From Engelhardtia mirabilis (GTDB lineage Bacteria; Planctomycetota; UBA1135; GCA-002686595), in the NCBI RefSeq assembly GCF_007748095.1, contig NZ_CP036287.1:1024345-1088344 (forward strand): a DNA stretch of 64,000 nucleotides, given 5' to 3'. Below are positions 10,356 to 19,205 of the stretch, one piece after another. How positions within the stretch are numbered: position 1 is the first letter of the stretch; every line of letters starts with the position of its first letter. A program made the position numbers and the translations under genes. The notes beneath the pieces are model-generated. The model was not told the DNA's origin and ran no database searches. It was given only the letters and a program-made list of their open reading frames with translations.

Positions 10356-11735
10356 TCAGCCGAGGAGCGCTGCCACGATCTCGTCCAACCAACGGTGCTC
10401 GACCTTGCGGTCGCGCCAGGCCTCGGCGATGAGTTGCAGGTTCTTGGCGGTGCTCTTCGGTTGCCAGGGCTCGTGCGTCGTCGCCAAGGCAGATTGGAGC
10501 GCCTCGTCCGCCCCGTGCCGATCCTTTGCGAGCACGCGCAGCTCGAGGCGAGTGGCCTGGTCCCAGTAGTCGGGATCGACGTTGGCGAGACGCCGTTCGA
10601 GGGCCAGCTCAACGGCCCCCTGGAGCTTCGACTTGTGGGCGAGGGACGCTTCAGTGCCCTCGACTTCCAAGAGGGTCAGCGCGTTGATGCCGGGATAGGC
10701 GTCGCGGATATCGGCCAAGTAGCCCTGGACGTAGGTGTCGATCGCCCGCCGCAGGAGACCGGCGGCCTTGGCCGCCTCGCCCCGCGACCGCTCGTCCAGC
10801 CAGCGGTCTTTCAGGACTCGCCCCAAGAGGCCGTTGGTCTCCGAACTCGGCCCGTGCTGTCTCAGGACCGTCAGCAGTTGCCGTTCGGCCTCGTCCCGTC
10901 GTCCGAGCCGGTTGAGGGCGAAAGCGAGCTGCTCGCGCAGCATCGCGGTGCTGCGCAGGGCGATGGGGAGGTCGGCGAACAGCTCGACCATGCGTTCGTG
11001 AGCCTCGATCGCGCGGTAGGAGAGCAGCAGGTCGACCGCCACCCCTGCGCCGACGGAGTCCATGGCCAAGCGATCGCGGATGGCGTCGAGGGCCGCCACG
11101 TCCCCTGCGTCGCGAGCCACGGCAAGCTCTTCCTTGGTCTCGACTTCGTAGCGCGCGTGCTTGCGAAAGGTGTCGGTCTTCGAGCGGTCGAGCTCCTGGG
11201 GCCGAAAGCCCTCGACCAGGCTGAAGACCGGACTGTCGCACGCGGCGTCTTCCTGTTGCAGGCGGCGCAACTCCTTCAGCCTCGCGACCAGCGCGGCGCG
11301 CATGGGCCCCGCCTCCGCCTCCGTGAAGCGCCCTCCGGGACCCAGGTCGTAGGGCAAGCCGCGCAGCAGGTTGACGTCGAAGGGCGGCGGCGTGGCGAAG
11401 ATCGGCTGGGTCGTGGCCGGGCGCACCGCGTGGCGAATGCCCAACTCGTAGAAGACGTTGGCGTTGGCCGTGGTCAGGTCCGCCACGGCGTACTCACACA
11501 GGATCAGCCGCTCGAACATCGCCTGGTGGATGATCCCCCCGGTGCGCTCCTCGTCGGCACGGATCGGCTCCATCTGGGCCTCGACGATCGCCGGCCGCAC
11601 GGCCAGGTCGTAGACCTTGTCGAAGTCGATCGTGACACCCGAAACGGGATCGCGCTTCTCGCCGAACGGCATCAGCACGAAACACAGGGGCGCTTGGAGC
11701 GCGGGGGCCGGGTCGGTCATGGCGCGGGTCCTCAT
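10356..11735 (-). CDS. TIR-like/deoxyribohydrolase-like (DRHyd) N-domain plus TPR protein, DUF4071 / MAP3K-TRAF-binding-like; a bacterial homologue of the ASK1 N-terminal region
   Basis: N-terminus CFVLMPFGEKRD...IHQAMFERLILCEYAVADLTTANANVFYELGIRHA has the Rossmann/TIR-like nucleotide-processing signature. It is followed by about 330 aa of TPR-like helical repeats. Confidence 0.55.
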   Translation of the reverse strand: MRTRAMTDPAPALQAPLCFVLMPFGEKRDPVSGVTIDFDKVYDLAVRPAIVEAQMEPIRADEERTGGIIHQAMFERLILCEYAVADLTTANANVFYELGIRHAVRPATTQPIFATPPPFDVNLLRGLPYDLGPGGRFTEAEAGPMRAALVARLKELRRLQQEDAACDSPVFSLVEGFRPQELDRSKTDTFRKHARYEVETKEELAVARDAGDVAALDAIRDRLAMDSVGAGVAVDLLLSYRAIEAHERMVELFADLPIALRSTAMLREQLAFALNRLGRRDEAERQLLTVLRQHGPSSETNGLLGRVLKDRWLDERSRGEAAKAAGLLRRAIDTYVQGYLADIRDAYPGINALTLLEVEGTEASLAHKSKLQGAVELALERRLANVDPDYWDQATRLELRVLAKDRHGADEALQSALATTHEPWQPKSTAKNLQLIAEAWRDRKVEHRWLDEIVAALLG

Positions 11736-11954
11736 TTCGCTCGATTCGGCGTTGAATCATGCCATGGCGGGTCACTTCGTGAGGCTCCCCGGTCGAGCTC
11801 AGCTCGGTTGGAGCCCGACGCGGCCGGCTCCGAACTCCTCGAGCCCGTCCCTCGAATTGCGGGATTCCCTGACACGTCCGCTGCTCCCCACAGATTGCAC
11901 AGGGGAACCCTTCGCCCGATGCGAAGGCCAACCGCAGCAACCGTGGAGGATTCC

Positions 11955-14084
11955 ATGTCCCCGATTCGTCCCTGTCTCTTGGCGCTCGCCGCGCCGCTCG
12001 CCGCTGCGCCGTCCGCGCTGGCGGATTTCGTGACCCTCGCCTGGATCGACTCCGACAACTTCAACGTCCAGGTGACGGAGATTCCCGACCTGGACCAGGT
12101 CCGGATGTCCGGGGGGGGATCCTTCGGGCTGCCCGGCAATGGCACGACCTACTGCGTGCCGACCAGCGCCATGAACATCATGGCCTACGCGGCGACCCAC
12201 GGGTTCCCGAGCCTCAAGCCGGGCAACGCCGACTGGCAACTGCAGTCCCAGTACCTGCCCGCGGGCCTGGCCCTCTTGCAGATGGGTCAGTTCATGAACA
12301 CCAACACGACTGGGGGCACGGGGCCGAGCGACGCCTTCGAAGGGGTCAAGAGCTGGCTCTACGGGCACCCGGAGTTCGTGGCCTCGAGCTACGTGGCGGG
12401 CAACAACTATGCGCCCGCGCTCGAGGACATGGCCGGGGTCATGCTCGGTGGTGGGCTGGTGATGGCCTGCTACGGCCGCTACACGGTGGAGGGCTACTTC
12501 GGCAGCATCCCGATCATCCAGCGCGACGGCGGGCACTGCACGACCCTCAGCCGGGCGGTGTCGGCGGGCAACGCGAAGCTGGCCTGGGTGCGCGATCCGG
12601 CGAGCGGCGGTTCGGACGCCTTCAGCCAGTCGACCTTCGCCAACCGCACCCTGGCGCTGGAGGAGAAGGCCGTCATGACCGGCAACTCCATCACCCAGCT
12701 CAAGGTGATGACCGCCGTGGACTACGACGCGGAGAAGACCAAGAACGCCTACTTCGACAGCTACATCTCCCTGCGGCCGAAGGCGGGGCTGAGCTTCGTG
12801 AATACACCCAATGGTCCGCTGCTGAAGCTGGCCCTGGCGGGCCTGTTGCAAGGCTACGGCGGACCAGACACCAAGACCTTCGGTTGGGACCTGGCGTCGA
12901 CGGTCCTCGACGCGGTGATGGGGCCGGACGGCAACCACGTCTACGTGCTCTCGGAGACCCCGGGCGCGGGGCCGGCGTCGGTGAGTAGCCTGGAGCTGGC
13001 CAGCTCCAAGGTGACGCCGCTGCTCGAGGTCCCCGGCGCCCAGCGGCTGTTCTTCGGGCGCGACCGCTCGCTCTACGCGGCCCAGGACGGGCTCCTGCAG
13101 CGGATCCAGATGGACGACGAGCCGCCCACGGTGACGAGCAAGCCGATCCCCTACCCGGTCGACGGGCTGGTCTTCGATGACAAGGTCGACGAGGTCGTGA
13201 TGCTCGCGGTGGGGCCGCGGCGCATCGTGCGCTACCCCTTCCACCTGGACGGGCTCCCGGCGGTGACCTCCCTGCCGGCTTCGATCCCGTCGACGATCGA
13301 GCCGGAGCTGGCCCTGTCGCCGAGCGACGGGCGCCTGTGGATGATCGAGTCGGCCAGCTCGAAGCTGTTCGCCTTCGACGCGGCCACCGGGGCGGTGGAG
13401 ACGGTGGAGGTCGCGGGCGTCAGCGGTGCGACCGCGGTCGACGTGGACGACCAGGGCAACCTGTTCGTCACCCACAAGAACGGGCTGGCGGTGCTGCGCC
13501 CGGCCGAGAGCGGCTACGAGGCCTGGCCCTTGTCGCCCTGGTCCACAGAGCCAGGCGCGCCGCGCTTCCGCATCGACCGCAGCCGCACCAACATCGACCC
13601 GCTGGTCCACTCGGGCCCGGCCTGGCGCAACCTGACGCCGGACTCCCTCGTGGGGCTGGTCGACGGTGAGACGATCGAGGACTGCGCCGGCGCCGCCGAG
13701 GTCGAGGCCTACGGCTCCGGCAAGGCGGGCGCCTCGGGACCCGCGCCGATCCTGGCGGCGAAGGAGGTGCCGGTCCAGGGCACCGAGCTGGGCGTGACCC
13801 TCTCCGGCGCCACCCCGGGCTCACTGGCGTTCCTGCTGGTGGGGGCCACGCCCCTGGCCCTGCCCTTCGACGAGGGCACGATGCTGGTGCTGCCCGACCT
13901 GATCCTGCCCTTCCCCGAGCTCGTCCCGGCCACCGGCACCCAGTCCCTGTCCGCCCCGCTGAGCGGCACCCCGGAGACCTGCGGCGCGAGCTTCTACTTC
14001 CAGGCCATGTACCGCGACCCGGGCGCTCCGGGGTACCTGGAGTCGGCGCAGACCAACGGCCTGCGCCTGACGATCGGGTCGTGA
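11955..14084 (+). CDS. Secreted multidomain protein: possible papain-like Cys/His N-domain, beta-propeller-like middle region, and a shared C-terminal domain
   Basis: Signal peptide MSPIRPCLLALAAPLAAAPSALA. A YCVPTSAMNIMAY ... GGHCTTL pair that could be a Cys/His peptidase. Repetitive NHL/YVTN-like strands. The last ~95 aa resemble the C-termini of the genes ending at 16051 and 45260. Confidence 0.6.
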   Translation: MSPIRPCLLALAAPLAAAPSALADFVTLAWIDSDNFNVQVTEIPDLDQVRMSGGGSFGLPGNGTTYCVPTSAMNIMAYAATHGFPSLKPGNADWQLQSQYLPAGLALLQMGQFMNTNTTGGTGPSDAFEGVKSWLYGHPEFVASSYVAGNNYAPALEDMAGVMLGGGLVMACYGRYTVEGYFGSIPIIQRDGGHCTTLSRAVSAGNAKLAWVRDPASGGSDAFSQSTFANRTLALEEKAVMTGNSITQLKVMTAVDYDAEKTKNAYFDSYISLRPKAGLSFVNTPNGPLLKLALAGLLQGYGGPDTKTFGWDLASTVLDAVMGPDGNHVYVLSETPGAGPASVSSLELASSKVTPLLEVPGAQRLFFGRDRSLYAAQDGLLQRIQMDDEPPTVTSKPIPYPVDGLVFDDKVDEVVMLAVGPRRIVRYPFHLDGLPAVTSLPASIPSTIEPELALSPSDGRLWMIESASSKLFAFDAATGAVETVEVAGVSGATAVDVDDQGNLFVTHKNGLAVLRPAESGYEAWPLSPWSTEPGAPRFRIDRSRTNIDPLVHSGPAWRNLTPDSLVGLVDGETIEDCAGAAEVEAYGSGKAGASGPAPILAAKEVPVQGTELGVTLSGATPGSLAFLLVGATPLALPFDEGTMLVLPDLILPFPELVPATGTQSLSAPLSGTPETCGASFYFQAMYRDPGAPGYLESAQTNGLRLTIGS

Positions 14085-14137
14085 GCTGAAGCGCTCGGTC
14101 GGCCTCGCTCGCCCCCCGGCGGGCGAGGCCCGCCGTC

Positions 14138-15322
14138 CTAGCTATTCAGCGTGTCCGTGCGCTGCGCCAGCAGCGACTTCAGCCGGCCCATCACGTTCGA
14201 GTGGATCTGGCAGACGCGGCTCTCGGTGAGCATCAGCATCTCGCCGATCTCGCGCATCGTGTGGCCGAACTGGTAGTACTGCTCGATGATGAAGCGCTCC
14301 TTGTGGGTCAGGGAGCGGGTGATGTACTTCATCAGGTCGCGGCGGTTGAGCTCGGTGACCGGGTCGATGGCGTCGTGATCTTCGATGATCTCGACCTTCT
14401 CGACGGAGCCGTCGTCGTCGTCGTCCCACTTCTCCGAGAGGGAGAACATGGTCCGCGCCTGGGCGGACTCGATCTCGATCGAGAGCTGGGTGTGGTCCAT
14501 CTCGAGCTCCTTGGCGAGCTCGGAGTGGGTGGGCTCGCGGCCGAACTCGCCGGTCAGCTTCTGGTAGGCCTTCTCGATCTTGGAGGCGCGCAGGCGGACC
14601 AGGCGCGGGACCCAGTCCTGGCTGCGGAGTTGGTCGAGGATCGAGCCGCGCACGCGGGTCGAGCAGTAGGTCTTGAACTTGATGCCGCGGGTCGGGTCGA
14701 AGCCGCGGATGGCGTCCATCAGGCCGAACTGGCCGGCGCTGACCAGGTCGTCGAGCTCGATCGACTTGGGCAGGGTCTGCAGCAGGCGCTCGGCGATGTA
14801 GCGCACCAGGGGGTAGTGCCGCTCGATCAGCTCGTTCCGCAGCGCCTCGAGGCGCGGCGTCATGGGCAGGTCCTTGAGGGCCGGCGGGCGCGAGGCGGGG
14901 CGCGGGTTTTCCTCGTCCTGGCTGTCGTCGTCGCCGTCGCGGTCCTCGTCGTCCAGATCCGACTGTGCCTCCGACTGTGCCTGCGACTGGGCCTCGTCCT
15001 CGACCTCGGGGGTCGGGTGGGCTTCGCGCAGGCGCTCGACCTCGATGCCGTACAGCGTCCAGAGCTGTTCGGTCTCGAGTTCGGCCAGGGGGGCGTCGGG
15101 GTTGGGCACGTCCATCAGGGTGGCGAGCGGCTTGGACGGGACGGGGTGGGCGGCCAGTGCGGCCGGGGCCGGCGCTTCGACAGCGCTGGTCCCGGCGGAG
15201 CCCTGGTCGGGCTGCTTGGAAGGGCTGGCGGCGGCCCGGCGCGGGGGCTCGACAGTCTTGGAGATCCGCTTCGAGGCGGCTGCCTTGCCCTTCGTACCCG
15301 TTCGCTGTTGCTTTGCCATCAC
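14138..15322 (-). CDS. RNA polymerase sigma factor, FliA/WhiG (sigma-28) family, with an N-terminal extension and an acidic insertion
   Basis: YCSTRVRGSILDQLRSQDWVPRLVR is the FliA region-2.4/3 hallmark. Region 4 HTH is LTHKERFIIEQYY...TMREIGEMLMLTESRVCQIHSN. The N-terminal 150 aa are K/A/P-rich and then D/E/Q-rich. Start uncertain (15322 or an internal Met). Confidence 0.8.
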   Translation of the reverse strand: MMAKQQRTGTKGKAAASKRISKTVEPPRRAAASPSKQPDQGSAGTSAVEAPAPAALAAHPVPSKPLATLMDVPNPDAPLAELETEQLWTLYGIEVERLREAHPTPEVEDEAQSQAQSEAQSDLDDEDRDGDDDSQDEENPRPASRPPALKDLPMTPRLEALRNELIERHYPLVRYIAERLLQTLPKSIELDDLVSAGQFGLMDAIRGFDPTRGIKFKTYCSTRVRGSILDQLRSQDWVPRLVRLRASKIEKAYQKLTGEFGREPTHSELAKELEMDHTQLSIEIESAQARTMFSLSEKWDDDDDGSVEKVEIIEDHDAIDPVTELNRRDLMKYITRSLTHKERFIIEQYYQFGHTMREIGEMLMLTESRVCQIHSNVMGRLKSLLAQRTDTLNS

Positions 15323-15414
15323 CCGCTTTGACCTTCGCCTTGGCTCTGTCCCAATCGTGCCCGGGGGCCCGGAGGTCGAGGCTCATCGGCCAGGTGCGGG
15401 AAGAACTTTCGGGT

Positions 15415-15924
15415 CTAGTCGACCCTGAGCAAGGAGTGAACCGGAACCGGGGCGACCTTCTCCCGTCCGGGAAGGAAACCCAGCTCGATCACCACCGCGG
15501 CCGCGACCGGCTCGCCGCCGACCTTGCGGATCAGCTTGAGGGCGGCCTCCATGGTGCCGCCGGTGGCGAGGAGGTCATCGACGACCAGCACCCGGCGGCC
15601 CTCGCAGGCGTCCACGTGGATCTCGATCGTGTCGGTGCCGTACTCGAGCTCGTAGGACTCCGAGGCGGTCTTCCAGGGCAACTTGCCCGGCTTGCGGACG
15701 GGGATGAAGCCCTTGCCGAGCTGGCGGGCCAGGGCCGTGCCGAAGATGAAGCCGCGGGACTCGATGCCGCAGATCAGGTCGTAGCTGGCCGGGTCCACCG
15801 CCTGGGCCAACCCGTCGATCGAGGCCTTGAGGCACTCGGGGTTCTGGAGCAGGGGCGTGATGTCCTTGAAGACGATGCCGGGCTTGGGGAAGTCGGGGAC
15901 GTCGCGGATGTACTTTTCGATCAC
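15415..15924 (-). CDS. apt: Adenine phosphoribosyltransferase
   Basis: FPKPGIVFKDITPLL ... VLVVDDLLATGGT (PRPP-binding motif); 169 aa. Confidence 0.92.
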   Translation of the reverse strand: MIEKYIRDVPDFPKPGIVFKDITPLLQNPECLKASIDGLAQAVDPASYDLICGIESRGFIFGTALARQLGKGFIPVRKPGKLPWKTASESYELEYGTDTIEIHVDACEGRRVLVVDDLLATGGTMEAALKLIRKVGGEPVAAAVVIELGFLPGREKVAPVPVHSLLRVD

Positions 15925-16050
15925 GGCGCGGGGGGGTCGGTTCGAGGGCTCGCGGGGGCCGCCTCGAACGGACGAGGGCCCCCCGGTGAGCCAGAGACTC
16001 TACCGGGAGGCCCCGCGTTCGCGGACCCCGATCGGGGGGTCAGCGCGCGC

Positions 16051-17223
16051 TCAAGGAATCAAGGTCAGGGAGATCGGGTTGCTGACCGACAGGAAGCCGG
16101 CGCCCGGGTCGGCCGAGGACCAGGTCAGGAAGGCGTGGTCGAAGGTCAGGCCGGCGAGGACCGGGTCCGTGGCGGCGGGCAGGGTCAAGCTGGCGGCGGC
16201 CAGACCATCGGCTCCGAAGAGCCCGAAGGCGCCGGCGATCGGACCGGACGTGGGCGAGGTCAGGGTCAGGGTGGTGTAGGCGTCCGGGTTCAGGGGCAGG
16301 GTCAGTGGACCGACCTCGACGCCCGGAGCGGTGCCCGAGGCCGAGCCCAGCAGCACGTAGGCATCGCCCGCGAGGGCGGTGTTCGCGGCCAGGCGCAGGC
16401 TCACCGTGCCGCCCGCGGCGAGGGAGAGGTTCGCGGCGTCGGCGCCGAGGGTCGCCCCGGCCTGCTCGAGCCACAGGTCTGCCACGGCCTCGGTGGGCGT
16501 GATCGTCCCGGTCGCCGCGCCGGACTCGCCGATCACGACCTCGATCGTGGCGTTGCTGCCGCCGATCAGGAACTCGCGCCCGTCGACGACCATCGAGGTG
16601 GCGTCGTTGCCCACGGTGTAGGCGTAGGTGGTGAAGCTGGCGCTGGCCGCGTCGAGGTAGATGTTGCCGGTCGTGTCGCCCAGGTACAGGTCCCCTTGGT
16701 GCATGACCATCGAGTTGATCGGGCCGCCGCACTGTCCGGCGAAGGCGAAGGCATTGCTCACGCCGAGCTCGAGCTCCTGGTACACGCCGAAGGGCGTACC
16801 GGCGATCAGGCGGTCGCCGTCGACCAGGATGGCCTCGATCTCGAAGGAGCTCGGCAGGACCTCGATGGCTTGCCCGGTGACCACGTCGAAGCGGGTCACG
16901 CCGCCGGAGTGGCTGGCGACCAACAGGTCGGCCTGGTGCACGGCCATGTCGGTGGCGCGACCGGCGACCGCGAAGACGGGCGCGGGCGCGGCGCCGCTCG
17001 CCGGGTCGTAGCGGTAGACCTGGCCGCTGGTGCCGCCGAGGTAGAGCACGTTGCCGAGTTGGGCCACGGACTCCAGGGCTTCACCTGCATTGGTGAGCGT
17101 GGCGACGGCGGGCTCGAGGGCGGTCAGGTCGCCGCTGGAGCCGACCTGATAGAGGGTCTGGGCCGAGGCGAGAGAGGGGACGAGGGCCAGGGCGGCGAGG
17201 GAGGTCAGGTGGGTGACTTGCAT
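16051..17223 (-). CDS. Secreted repeat (beta-propeller-like) protein with the shared C-terminal domain
   Basis: Signal peptide MQVTHLTSLAALALVPSLASAQ (start moved to the ATG at 17223); Gly/Thr/Ala-rich strand repeats. The C-terminus matches the genes ending at 14084 and 45260. Confidence 0.6.
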   Translation of the reverse strand: MQVTHLTSLAALALVPSLASAQTLYQVGSSGDLTALEPAVATLTNAGEALESVAQLGNVLYLGGTSGQVYRYDPASGAAPAPVFAVAGRATDMAVHQADLLVASHSGGVTRFDVVTGQAIEVLPSSFEIEAILVDGDRLIAGTPFGVYQELELGVSNAFAFAGQCGGPINSMVMHQGDLYLGDTTGNIYLDAASASFTTYAYTVGNDATSMVVDGREFLIGGSNATIEVVIGESGAATGTITPTEAVADLWLEQAGATLGADAANLSLAAGGTVSLRLAANTALAGDAYVLLGSASGTAPGVEVGPLTLPLNPDAYTTLTLTSPTSGPIAGAFGLFGADGLAAASLTLPAATDPVLAGLTFDHAFLTWSSADPGAGFLSVSNPISLTLIP

Positions 17224-17362
17224 GGTCGGGTCGGGGACGTGGGTAGGCGATCGGCGAGCGCCGCCGACCCCCACGGCCATGGGGCGGATCGACGCACGCT
17301 CCGGCCAGCGTCCGCAGCGCCCGGCCCTCGCGCCGCAATTCGTCCCCGCGCCCGATTTACAC

Positions 17363-19135
17363 CTACATGGCCTCGACCGGCTCGATCCCGAGCGTCCGCA
17401 GGCCGTGGCCCAGGATGCGCTCGGTGACCAGGCTCAGGGCCAGGCGCGCCGAGCGCAGGGGCTCGTCCGCCGTGAGCACGGGGCAGTCGTGGTAGAAGCG
17501 GCTGAAGGCGCGCGCGCCGCCGTAGATCCAGGCCGAGAGGGCCGCGGGGTCGGTGGTGCGCTCCACCTGCTCCAGCACGTCGGCGTAGGCCAAGAGATGG
17601 TTCAACAGCGCGCGCTCGGGCTCGCCACCGAAGTCGGCCGCACCGCGCGCGGCCGCGGCCAGCTCCGCGGGCGCCGTGCGGCCGCCCTTGCGGAAGATGC
17701 CCGAGATCCGCGCCAGGCTGTAGAGCAGGTACGCGCCCGTCTCGCCCTCGAGGTTGGTCCACTCGGCGGCGTCGAAGATCACGCGCGTGTTGTTCGAGAC
17801 CGACAGCATCCCGTAGCGCAGGCAGGCCACGGCGATGCGGTCGACGGTCTCGCGCCACTTCTCGTCCGACCAGTCGCTGCGGTCGTTGCGCTCGTCGGTC
17901 CGCATGCGCTCGCCGATCGCCTCGACGATGTCGTCGCGCACCTCGGCGAAGGTCACGACCTTGCCCTTGCGCGAGCTCATCTTGCCCTCGGGCAGCATGA
18001 CCAGCTCGTAGGCCACGTGGGTGCAGTCCTTCGCGCGCTCGTAGCCCATGCGCTCGAGCGTCGCGAAGAGCTGGCGGAAGTGGTAGGTCTGCTCGGCGCC
18101 GACCACGTAGAGCGAGCGCTCCACGCCGAACTCGTCGAACTTGCGCCGCGCCAGCACCAGGTCCCAGGTCAGGTAGAGGGACGTGCCGTCGGACTTGCGC
18201 ACCAGGGCCGGCCCCAGCTTGTAGTCGTCGAGCATGCAGACGATCGCGCCCTGGCTGGGCTCGAACACGCCCTTGGCCAGGTACTCGTCGACGATCGCGT
18301 GGCCCGGCTCCTCGAGGTCGCTCTCGAAGAAGTCCGTGTCGAAGTTCACGTCCAGCCAGGTATAGACGGTGCCGAACTCGTCCAGACACCACTGACGCGT
18401 CTCGCGGTAGCGGCTGGTGTAGGGCTCCTCGCCGGCCTTGATCGCATCGAGGATGCCGCGCATCTCGCCCTTGACGCGGGCCAGGCCCGCCTCGTCGCCG
18501 GCCTCCTCGAGGGCGGTCAGGTGGGCGCCCGCCTGGGCGTAGATCTGCCCCAGCCAGCTCCCGCGCTGGCCCTCGCCGGGGGCCTCGCCCACGTCGCCGT
18601 GCTCCAGTTGCCACAGGCACTTGGCCACGTCGATGCCGAAGTCGCCGTAGTAGTTGGCCGCGATCACGTCGTGGCCCCGCGCGCGGAAGACGCGCTGCAG
18701 GGCGTCGCCCACGGATACGTTCCGCAGGTGCCCGACGTGGAAGACCTTGTGGGTGTTGGGCTGCGAGAACTCGACCATCACCCGCTGGGGCGCCTCGGTC
18801 CGCAGGCTCTGCTCGAAGGAACCGTCCTCCAGTCCGACGACCAACTCCGCGAGCACGGCCCCGGCGTCGGCGAAGAAGTTGAGGTACGGCCCGAACGGCT
18901 TGGCACCCGCGATCAGCCCACGCGGTTCGACCTTCTCGGCCAACTCCGCCGCGATCTTGGGCGGCGCGGTCTTGAGCGCCTTGGCCAGCAGGAAGCAGGG
19001 GAACGCCAGGTCGCCCATCTCGGGCTTGGGCGGCTTGGAGAGGGCCTGGGCCAGGGCCGCCCGATCGGGGGCGCCCTCGACGTCGATCAGGACCCGCTCG
19101 AGGGCATCGAGGACGGCAGTGCGGAAGTGCTGCAT
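17363..19135 (-). CDS. argS: Arginine--tRNA ligase
   Basis: Class I HIGH region KVFHVGHLRN; body and DALR-type C-terminus (...LGIEPVEAM) fit ArgS; 590 aa. Confidence 0.9.
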   Translation of the reverse strand: MQHFRTAVLDALERVLIDVEGAPDRAALAQALSKPPKPEMGDLAFPCFLLAKALKTAPPKIAAELAEKVEPRGLIAGAKPFGPYLNFFADAGAVLAELVVGLEDGSFEQSLRTEAPQRVMVEFSQPNTHKVFHVGHLRNVSVGDALQRVFRARGHDVIAANYYGDFGIDVAKCLWQLEHGDVGEAPGEGQRGSWLGQIYAQAGAHLTALEEAGDEAGLARVKGEMRGILDAIKAGEEPYTSRYRETRQWCLDEFGTVYTWLDVNFDTDFFESDLEEPGHAIVDEYLAKGVFEPSQGAIVCMLDDYKLGPALVRKSDGTSLYLTWDLVLARRKFDEFGVERSLYVVGAEQTYHFRQLFATLERMGYERAKDCTHVAYELVMLPEGKMSSRKGKVVTFAEVRDDIVEAIGERMRTDERNDRSDWSDEKWRETVDRIAVACLRYGMLSVSNNTRVIFDAAEWTNLEGETGAYLLYSLARISGIFRKGGRTAPAELAAAARGAADFGGEPERALLNHLLAYADVLEQVERTTDPAALSAWIYGGARAFSRFYHDCPVLTADEPLRSARLALSLVTERILGHGLRTLGIEPVEAM

Positions 19136-19205
19136 GGGGGCGGTGGCGGGAGAAGCGGGGCGCAGAGGATAGCGGCCCCGCGCCAGGCCTGCGCCCCTTC
19201 CCTCG

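Noticed and set aside
10395-14084. 1229-aa plus-strand ORF
   Set aside because: Only the last 709 aa (from the ATG at 11955, with signal peptide) are credible. The upstream part is antisense to the DRHyd-TPR gene.
14965-17427. 820-aa plus-strand ORF, plus 14201-15331 and 14142-15386
   Set aside because: These are antisense or alternative frames over the fliA-like, apt and secreted-protein genes and are Gly/Arg-rich with no motifs. The apt and FliA frames have diagnostic motifs.
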